Below, piece by piece: positions 20,306-27,726 of a stretch of DNA of 64,000 nt (positions within the stretch are counted from its first letter, which is position 1; each line of letters starts with the position of its first letter). Both the position numbers and the translations under genes were made by a program. The notes under the pieces were generated by a model, which saw nothing but the letters and a program-made list of their open reading frames with translations, was not told the origin of the DNA and ran no database searches. The stretch covers positions 327,507 through 391,506 of the forward strand of contig DDPF01000010.1 of NCBI GenBank assembly GCA_002342065.1, in the 5' to 3' direction. Source of the DNA: Bacteroidetes bacterium UBA2475 (GTDB taxonomy: Bacteria; Bacteroidota; Bacteroidia; B-17B0; Aurantibacillaceae).

Positions 20306-20376
20306 GGAAAATGTAAAAGGAAAAATGGAAGATGTAATACTCTCCCTTTTCCATATTACCTTTTCCATTTTACATT
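20306..20376 (+). repeat. Inverted pair of degenerate heptamer tandem arms, no enclosed gene
   Basis: Left arm aaaatgt-aaaagga-aaaatgg-aagatgt; right arm ttttcca-tattacc-ttttcca-ttttaca. Confidence 0.75.
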
Positions 20377-20386
20377 AGTATAAATT

Positions 20387-21415
20387 ATGTTTTACAATAA
20401 ATTACTTGAAAAAGATAAACTTCCTGATTCTCTCATTCGCATTGGTATTCGCAAGTTATTAAAGCAGCGTTTACAAGATGAGAATAAAGGAAATACCGAA
20501 GCACAACAAGCACATTTAATGCAATTGATAGCTGAATTAAAAGCATCACCAATTGCAGTTAATACACAAGAAGCAAACGATCAACATTACGAAGTTCCAA
20601 CTCAATTCTATCAATACTGTTTAGGTAAACATTTAAAATACAGTAGCGGTTATTGGAAAGAAGGGGTTGCTGATATCGATACTTCCGAAAAAGACATGCT
20701 TGAACTAACCTGTCAACGGGCAGAATTAAAGGATGGGCAAGAGGTATTGGAATTAGGTTGCGGTTGGGGCTCTCTTTCATTATTTATGGCAGCTAAATTT
20801 CCTAAAAGTAATTTTACGGTTGTATCTAATTCCCGCACACAAAAAATTTATATCGACGATCAGGCAAAACAAAGAAACGTTAATAATTTAACTGTTATTA
20901 CTATAAACATTAACGATTTTGTTTTAGATAAAACCTTTGATCGTATTGTTTCGGTGGAGATGTTTGAGCACATGCGTAATTACCAAAAATTAATGCGTAA
21001 AGTAGCTACGCTTTTAAAACCCGAAGGAAAATTGTTCGTTCATATTTTTACACATAAAGAGTATGCGTATAAATTCGAAGTAAAAGATGAAAGCGATTGG
21101 ATGAGTAAATATTTTTTTACCGGCGGCATTATGCCAAGCGATGACCTTCTACTTTATTTTAACGAACATTTAAGTATCGAAAAGCACTGGCATGTGAGCG
21201 GTACTCATTATAGCAAGACATCTGAGGCCTGGCTTCAGAATATGGATAAACACAAAACAGAAATAATTCCTTTATTTGAGCAAACCTACGGCAAAGAAAA
21301 TGCGGTAAAATGGTGGGTATACTGGAGGATTTTTTATATGGCCTGCGCCGAATTATGGAACTTTAATAATGGCGAAGAATGGATAGTGAGTCACTATTTA
21401 TTTACCAAAAAATAA
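20387..21415 (+). CDS. Class I SAM-dependent methyltransferase, CMAS/cfa-related
   Basis: 'HYEVP', 'LKYSS', 'LELGCGWG', 'IVSVEMFEH', 'FFTGGIMPS'. Confidence 0.88.
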   Translation: MFYNKLLEKDKLPDSLIRIGIRKLLKQRLQDENKGNTEAQQAHLMQLIAELKASPIAVNTQEANDQHYEVPTQFYQYCLGKHLKYSSGYWKEGVADIDTSEKDMLELTCQRAELKDGQEVLELGCGWGSLSLFMAAKFPKSNFTVVSNSRTQKIYIDDQAKQRNVNNLTVITININDFVLDKTFDRIVSVEMFEHMRNYQKLMRKVATLLKPEGKLFVHIFTHKEYAYKFEVKDESDWMSKYFFTGGIMPSDDLLLYFNEHLSIEKHWHVSGTHYSKTSEAWLQNMDKHKTEIIPLFEQTYGKENAVKWWVYWRIFYMACAELWNFNNGEEWIVSHYLFTKK

Positions 21416-21419
21416 AACT

Positions 21420-22550
21420 ATGTGGCGTTTACTTGTTGCAGTTCTTCTTTTCCTTTTATCCTTAATGGTGTTCTTTAAGGCGCCAACTAATTTTTTATGG
21501 AGAGTATCAGTTGCAATTACAGAATTTCCGTACATCTTTATTCTTGCTTCGCTTTTATTTTTCTTTGTATGCTTAAAAGCCACTAAATACAAAACAGCAG
21601 TTGTAACTCTAAGTAGCATAACTACTTTAATATATATCCTTCCCATTATCCAGGTTTACATGCGTGGAAATAACTTAACTGAAGATCTCAAAAAAAAATT
21701 CCCCTTTAGAGAGAATGAACAACATCTACAACAGCCCTACTCCTTTTTAAAAATGTTTAGCAGTATTAAGGGTGAAGAGATTACACCACAAATTTTTGCA
21801 TACAAAAAATTACAAGAAAGGAACCTGAATATTGATCTTTACCCCTCACAATCAAACACTGTGTCTCCCTGTGTAATTGTTATCCACGGCGGTTCCTGGG
21901 CAGAAGGCGATAGCAAACAATTACCGGACCTGAACAGTTATTTAGCAAACAAAGGTTATCATGTGGTAGCTATCAATTACCGGTTAGCTCCAAAATATAA
22001 ATCACCTGCACCGGTTGAAGACCTTAGAGATGTAATAAACTACTTAACTGCTAATTCAGAAAAATTAAAGATCGATACATCCAACTTTGTTTTGCTTGGT
22101 CGTTCGGCGGGTGGACAAATTGCTTTATGTGCTGCTTATACTTATAACTTACCAAATATTAAAGGCGTAATTTCTTTTTATGCTCCGGCTGATATGGTTT
22201 GGGGCGCAAGAATAAAAAGTAATAAACTTGTTTTAAACACGGATAAGGTATTTACAGATTATTTAGGAGGACTAATAGATGAAGTCCCACAAAAATATCA
22301 AGAGGCAGGTGCAGTGGATCATGTAAACAAAAATTCACCTCCAACGTTAATTATTCATGGCGCACATGATGCCATGGTCGCATATGGACATAGTGAACGC
22401 CTGGATAAAAAATTAGAGGAGAATAATGTCCAACATTACTTCTTAAATTTACCCTGGGCCACACATGGCTGCGACTATAATATTAATGGGCCAAGTGGCC
22501 AAATAACAACTTTTACAATTGAACGTTTTTTAAACTCAGTAACAAATTAA
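21420..22550 (+). CDS. Membrane-anchored alpha/beta hydrolase (HSL-like esterase)
   Basis: N-terminal TM segments, 'HGGSW', nucleophile 'GRSAGG', 'HGAHD', 'HGCD'. Confidence 0.85.
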   Translation: MWRLLVAVLLFLLSLMVFFKAPTNFLWRVSVAITEFPYIFILASLLFFFVCLKATKYKTAVVTLSSITTLIYILPIIQVYMRGNNLTEDLKKKFPFRENEQHLQQPYSFLKMFSSIKGEEITPQIFAYKKLQERNLNIDLYPSQSNTVSPCVIVIHGGSWAEGDSKQLPDLNSYLANKGYHVVAINYRLAPKYKSPAPVEDLRDVINYLTANSEKLKIDTSNFVLLGRSAGGQIALCAAYTYNLPNIKGVISFYAPADMVWGARIKSNKLVLNTDKVFTDYLGGLIDEVPQKYQEAGAVDHVNKNSPPTLIIHGAHDAMVAYGHSERLDKKLEENNVQHYFLNLPWATHGCDYNINGPSGQITTFTIERFLNSVTN

Positions 22551-23797
22551 TGCAAACATTAGCTATCATAGGAACAGGAATTGCAGGCATGGGTTGCGGA
22601 CATTTGCTTCAAAAAAAATACAATATAACTTTGTTTGAACAGAACAATTATATTGGCGGACATACTAACACGTTTTCCACTGAAGAGGATGGCAATAAAG
22701 TTTTTATGGATACAGGTTTTATGGTCTTTAATTTTGAGACATATCCAAATCTTTGCAAATTATTTGATGAAATAAAAGCACCGATCAAAAAAACGGACAT
22801 GTCGTTTAGTGTGCAACACACTGCGAGCGGCCTTGAATACTGTGGTTCCGGACTGAATGGTTTATTTGCTCAACGTAAAAATATCTTTAGTATCGGTTAT
22901 ATTAAAATGCTAATAGAAATAACACGCTTTAATAAAATAAGTGTAGAAATTTTAGATGATCCGAAATATGAGAATCATTCTTTAGCACAATACATTAAAG
23001 AATTTAATTTTAGTGAAGAGATGCTTTGGAAATATTTAGTACCTATGAGCTCTGCAGTTTGGAGTACGCCAATGGATAAGATGTTAGATTTTCCAGCCGT
23101 TGCACTTATTCGATTTTTTAAGAACCATGGCTTTTTGGGATTGAATACGCAACACCAATGGTATACGTTAGAAAACGGGAGTCAATCTTATCGCGAGATC
23201 TTAATTAAGCCATTTAAAGACAAGATTCATATTAATAATGGTGCTGTAAAAGTTAGTCGTAATGCAAATGGAAAGGCCACTCTACATTTAAAAGATGGGA
23301 CTTCAAAAGAATTTGATAAAGTTATTTTTGCTTCGCACGCTGATGAAACTTTGAAAATATTAGACCAACCAACAGCAGAGGAAAAAAGATTATTGAGTCC
23401 ATTTAAATACCAAAAAAATATTGCCACGGTTCATACAGATGAATCAACTATGCCAAAAAACAAGAAAACATGGAGCAGTTGGAATTATAGGATAGAAGAA
23501 CGAAATGGAAAACAGGTTCCAACAACTATTTATTGGATGAACAGTTTACAAGGCGTTTCTAAAAAGAAAAATTATTTTGTTTCTATAAATGCCATTCCCG
23601 GAACTGTAGATAAGGCTAAGATATTAAAAGAAATAGATTACGAACACCCCTTATTTGATGTAGCGGCCATTAATGCGCAAAATGAATTACAAACATTAAA
23701 TGAAAGCGGACCTTTGTACTATTGCGGAAGTTACTTTAAATACGGCTTTCATGAAGATGCTTATGCCAGTGCGGTAGAACTGTGTAAACGAATGTAA
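22550..23797 (+). CDS. FAD-dependent oxidoreductase of the cfa/DUF1365 cluster (UfaD-like)
   Basis: 'IIGTGIAG', 'GGHTNT', 'DTGFMVFN..TYPN', 'YGFHEDA'. Confidence 0.88.
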   Translation: MQTLAIIGTGIAGMGCGHLLQKKYNITLFEQNNYIGGHTNTFSTEEDGNKVFMDTGFMVFNFETYPNLCKLFDEIKAPIKKTDMSFSVQHTASGLEYCGSGLNGLFAQRKNIFSIGYIKMLIEITRFNKISVEILDDPKYENHSLAQYIKEFNFSEEMLWKYLVPMSSAVWSTPMDKMLDFPAVALIRFFKNHGFLGLNTQHQWYTLENGSQSYREILIKPFKDKIHINNGAVKVSRNANGKATLHLKDGTSKEFDKVIFASHADETLKILDQPTAEEKRLLSPFKYQKNIATVHTDESTMPKNKKTWSSWNYRIEERNGKQVPTTIYWMNSLQGVSKKKNYFVSINAIPGTVDKAKILKEIDYEHPLFDVAAINAQNELQTLNESGPLYYCGSYFKYGFHEDAYASAVELCKRM

Positions 23798-23823
23798 AAT
23801 GTAAGATGGCAAAGGGAAAATGG
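23791..23823 (+). repeat. Left heptamer arm of the four-helix-bundle cassette
   Basis: aatgt-aaaatgt-aagatgg-caaaggg-aaaatgg, starting over the upstream gene's stop codon. Confidence 0.7.
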
Positions 23824-23844
23824 AGTGAATTAAAACAATAGAAA

Positions 23845-24207
23845 ATGAATGATAGAACTCAACAATTATTAGATAGAACATTTGATTTCGGAGTAAATAT
23901 TCTTAAATTTTTACGAAAGCTTCCAGATGATCATATTTATAGAATACCGAAAGTACAGGTTGGCAGGTCTTCCATTTCGATTGGTGCAAATTATGAAGAA
24001 GCTCAGGGTGCAGTATCAAAAAGAGATTTTTCTAATAAAATTGGCATTAGCTATAAAGAAGCCCGTGAAAGTCTTTATTGGTTAAGAGTTTTACAAAAAT
24101 TATATGAAGAAGAGAAATATCAAAAAGAGTTTGAAATATTTTTAAAAGAATCCCAAGAGCTAAAAAATATTTTTGCTGCTATTAAAAAATCGTCCAAAGA
24201 AAGCTAA
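23845..24207 (+). CDS. Four helix bundle protein (23S rRNA IVS-protein / TIGR02436-like family)
   Basis: 120 aa; 'QVGRSSISIGANYEEAQ', 'SKRDFSNKIGISYKEARESLYWL'. Confidence 0.9.
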   Translation: MNDRTQQLLDRTFDFGVNILKFLRKLPDDHIYRIPKVQVGRSSISIGANYEEAQGAVSKRDFSNKIGISYKEARESLYWLRVLQKLYEEEKYQKEFEIFLKESQELKNIFAAIKKSSKES

Positions 24208-24210
24208 TGA

Positions 24211-24247
24211 ACTTTACATTTTCCATATTACCTTTTACATTTTCCAT
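24211..24247 (+). repeat. Right heptamer arm of the four-helix-bundle cassette
   Basis: ctttaca-ttttcca-tattacc-ttttaca-ttttcca; inverse complement of the left-arm unit. Confidence 0.75.
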
Positions 24248-24250
24248 AAC

Positions 24251-25048
24251 ATGAACTCCTGTCTATATAAAGCCACAGTAATGCATAATCGCTTGAAACC
24301 TACTTCTCACCGGTTTCATTACAATGTGTTTATGTTTTATATTGACCTGGATGAAATAGCGCATTTAAAAAAGAAACTCCTCCTCTTCAGTCATAATAGA
24401 TTTAATTTTTTTAGTTTCAGAGATAATGAGCATTTGCAATTGCCAATTGAAAATCCTGATAAAAGCAAAACAACAAAACAGCATATCTTAGACTATCTTC
24501 AAAAAAATAACGTTACAACTGCTCCGGCAAAAATAATGTTGCTTACCAATTTAAATGTGCTTGGTTATAATTTTAATCCGGTTTCTTTTTATTATTGTTT
24601 TGACGAAAAAGATCAAGCCATTTGTTGCATTGCCGAAGTTGGAAATACTTTCAGGGAAATGAAACCCTTTCTTTTAACTAAAGAGAATTTAAGAGATAAT
24701 ACATTTCATTTAAATACCGCCAAGTACTTTTACGTGTCTCCTTTTATAGACCACGATGCTAATTTTGATTTTAACCTTGTAATTCCAACCGAAAAACTCA
24801 ATAATAAGATAGATACTTATAAAGATGGAGAGCGTATTTTTATAAGCACTTTAACCGGGGTTAAAAAACCAATAAATAACCGGAATTTATTTTGGTACAG
24901 CATCCGTTTTCCCTTTATTACCCTCAAAATTATTACTTTAATACACTGGAACGCCCTGAAACTCTGGCTAAAAAAGATACCATATCACAAAAAAGACGAA
25001 AACCCACATCTGCAAAAGGATGTTTTTCGTAAGTATAAAAACGATTAA
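24251..25048 (+). CDS. DUF1365 family protein (UfaO-like)
   Basis: 'HNRLKP..HRFHY', 'LGYNFNPVSFYYC', 'EVGNTF', 'KYFYVSPF', 'IHWNALKLWLK'. ATG at 24251; the track's longer start runs through the repeat arm. Confidence 0.88.
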   Translation: MNSCLYKATVMHNRLKPTSHRFHYNVFMFYIDLDEIAHLKKKLLLFSHNRFNFFSFRDNEHLQLPIENPDKSKTTKQHILDYLQKNNVTTAPAKIMLLTNLNVLGYNFNPVSFYYCFDEKDQAICCIAEVGNTFREMKPFLLTKENLRDNTFHLNTAKYFYVSPFIDHDANFDFNLVIPTEKLNNKIDTYKDGERIFISTLTGVKKPINNRNLFWYSIRFPFITLKIITLIHWNALKLWLKKIPYHKKDENPHLQKDVFRKYKND

Positions 25049-25117
25049 AAATGTAAGGATTAGACAAAAAATTCGTCTATTTTTAGGTTAATATTCTTAA
25101 ATTCGTGATTAAGATAA

Positions 25118-26356
25118 ATGTCAACAGTAACCACCATAGCAACAAAACAGGGCTTTTATGAGAAAGTGATCTTAGATCTGCTTTCTAAAATGCAATTGGG
25201 TACGCTTAACATAACCTTACCAAATGGCCAGTTAATTAAGATCGGTAATGGGGGAAGTAATATTGAAGCAAATATAGAAATCACTGATCCCAATTTTTTT
25301 AAGCGTTGTGTTTTATACGGTGATATTGGTTTTGGAGAATCGTACACTGACGGAGAATGGGATACTGATAATATTACCAATGTTATAAAATGGTTCCTGC
25401 TTAATGTAGATAACGCTCCTACCGCATCTGGAAGTACAACAAAAAGTCTTGCATTAAATCTTTTTAAAATAGCAAACAAGCTATCTCATTTAAAAAGAAG
25501 CAATAGTGTTAGTGGTTCAAGAAAAAATATATCAGCGCATTACGACCTCAACAACGAATTTTTTGCGCTTTTTTTAGATGAGACCATGACCTACTCTTCT
25601 GCCTATTTTAAAAAAGAAGGCATGACCTTAAAAGAAGCACAATTAGCAAAGTATGATCGTTTATGTAAGCAATTAAATTTAAAAGCAAGTGATCATGTGT
25701 TAGAAATTGGGAGCGGCTGGGGCGGCAATGCTATTTATATTGCCCAAAACTATAATTGCAAAGTTACAACCGTTACTATTTCTCAAGAGCAATACAAATT
25801 GGCAAAAGAGCGCGTTGAAAAAGAGAACTTAACAGATAAAATTACAGTAGTACTAAAAGATTACCGTTTATTGGAAGGTAAATTTGACAAGATAATTTCT
25901 ATTGAAATGCTGGAAGCGGTTGGTGCAGAATTTTACAATATTTATTTTAAAAAATGCAGTGATCTTTTAAAGAAAGATGGCATTTTTGCGATACAGGTTA
26001 TTACCTGTCCTGACTCTCGTTTTGAGAGCTTAAAAAATGGTGTTGACTGGATACAAAAACATATTTTCCCCGGCTCTTTATTGCCCTCGGTAGCTGCAAT
26101 AAACAAGTCTGTTAACGAATCCTGCGACCTTACTTTGGTAGACCTAAAAGATATTGGATTAGATTACGCACACACGTTAAAGATCTGGCACCAGGAATTC
26201 AATAAAAATATTGATAAAGTTAAAGCGTTAAATTTTGACGATTATTTTATCCGCAAATGGAATTATTATTTGTGTTACTGCGAAGCCGCTTTTGCCATGC
26301 GCAATATTAACGTAATGCAGTTGGTTTATACAAGACCGAATAATACAGGAAGATAA
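25118..26356 (+). CDS. cfa: Cyclopropane-fatty-acyl-phospholipid synthase family methyltransferase (UfaM-like)
   Basis: 'GFGESY', 'NISAHYDLNNEFF', 'MTYSSA', 'LEIGSGWG', 'SIEMLEAVG', 'KHIFPG'. Confidence 0.9.
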   Translation: MSTVTTIATKQGFYEKVILDLLSKMQLGTLNITLPNGQLIKIGNGGSNIEANIEITDPNFFKRCVLYGDIGFGESYTDGEWDTDNITNVIKWFLLNVDNAPTASGSTTKSLALNLFKIANKLSHLKRSNSVSGSRKNISAHYDLNNEFFALFLDETMTYSSAYFKKEGMTLKEAQLAKYDRLCKQLNLKASDHVLEIGSGWGGNAIYIAQNYNCKVTTVTISQEQYKLAKERVEKENLTDKITVVLKDYRLLEGKFDKIISIEMLEAVGAEFYNIYFKKCSDLLKKDGIFAIQVITCPDSRFESLKNGVDWIQKHIFPGSLLPSVAAINKSVNESCDLTLVDLKDIGLDYAHTLKIWHQEFNKNIDKVKALNFDDYFIRKWNYYLCYCEAAFAMRNINVMQLVYTRPNNTGR

Positions 26357-26377
26357 TGATCTATTAACTTTTCCCTA

Positions 26378-27721
26378 TTAACTATTTACTTTCTTCTCTT
26401 TAAATCTCATAAAAATAATTGCTGCTAAAAAGCAAAGCACAAAACCTAAAATTCCGTTCAGGCGAATACCAAAATCATTTCCTACATCTTTGCCATAAAT
26501 TAAGAACATAGCAAATAAAGCAATACCAAAGGTTTGGGCGATCTTTACAAAAAAGTAACGCACTGCAAAATAAATAGCTTCTTTATTCTCATTGGTCTCT
26601 TCTGTATCTTTTTCAATGATCTCGGCAAGAATAGCATTAGGCAATATATTTAACGACGCTAAAGGAATAGCCGCAAAAGCGATCAATGAATAGATCTGTA
26701 CTAAAGGATCAATTTCGGACTTCCCTAAAAAATAGATCCCTAAAAATATAGTAGATAATAGAGCCAAAGAAAAAACAACAATTATTTTCTTGCCAATTTT
26801 TTTTGCCAGGTAATTTATTACAGGGTAAAAGATAAACGACACCAGCACCATCATGATCATGAGTTTGTTACCAATGGTTTCGGGCAATTGTAATAAGACG
26901 GTTACAAAATACATTAAACCGGAAGTGATAATTGTAACCGCAATAAAATAAGAGAAATCGGCCACAATAAATAATTGAAAATTTTTGTTAGTTAGTGTTT
27001 GTCGTAATGCTTTTTTCATGGGCACTGCGCTTGGTTTGCTATCACAATATTTTCTTTCGTCGATAGCCAAAACTGTTACCAACATAAAAAGCGCAGCCAA
27101 CGCGGCCATTAAAACAATAGTTAATTGCAATGCGGAAATACGAGAAACAATACTTAAAGAATGTTGGAGAAGATCCGTTAAATTAAATGCGTTAGATGCT
27201 ATACCAATACCAAATACATAACCAACCGATTGCCAGGTGGCCAAGCGTACTTTATCTTCCGAGCCCGGTGCTAATTCCGGAAGCAACGCATTATAAGGAA
27301 TGATATATGTTGTAGACGAAACATAAAACCCGATCAACATAAAAACTAACCAAACAATATTTAACGTACTCTCTTCTTCACGCAATGGATAAAAAACAAG
27401 GCAACAAAAAATAAGCGAAGGAATAATTGCCAGCTTCATTATGGGAATTCTTCGTCCTTTAGGGTTTTTGCTTTGATCGCTGAACTGCGCGATGAATGGA
27501 TCGTAAACCGCATCTATCAATCTACCACTGGCAGTAACAATTGCAATAACATTAAAGATCCCAAAAATAGCAACCTGTGTTATTAAATTTGGAAGACCGC
27601 TGCTGGTTGGAGGAATGTATAGATATACAAGAATAACACTTATTAAATTGATCATAATGCTCCAACCCATCATACCAAAAGCATAAGCAATTTGTTTAAC
27701 GAGAGGAAGTTTTTGTGTCAA
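26378..27721 (-). CDS. MFS transporter, GPH / Na+-melibiose symporter-like
   Basis: About 12 TM segments; 'GRLIDAVYDP', 'GRRIP', 'PYNALLPEL'. Confidence 0.88.
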   Translation of the reverse strand: MTQKLPLVKQIAYAFGMMGWSIMINLISVILVYLYIPPTSSGLPNLITQVAIFGIFNVIAIVTASGRLIDAVYDPFIAQFSDQSKNPKGRRIPIMKLAIIPSLIFCCLVFYPLREEESTLNIVWLVFMLIGFYVSSTTYIIPYNALLPELAPGSEDKVRLATWQSVGYVFGIGIASNAFNLTDLLQHSLSIVSRISALQLTIVLMAALAALFMLVTVLAIDERKYCDSKPSAVPMKKALRQTLTNKNFQLFIVADFSYFIAVTIITSGLMYFVTVLLQLPETIGNKLMIMMVLVSFIFYPVINYLAKKIGKKIIVVFSLALLSTIFLGIYFLGKSEIDPLVQIYSLIAFAAIPLASLNILPNAILAEIIEKDTEETNENKEAIYFAVRYFFVKIAQTFGIALFAMFLIYGKDVGNDFGIRLNGILGFVLCFLAAIIFMRFKEKKVNS

Positions 27722-27726
27722 GAGAT

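Noticed and set aside
23845-24207. Four-helix-bundle gene as a true 23S rRNA intervening sequence
   Set aside because: There is no rRNA sequence on either side; the flanks are protein-coding genes.
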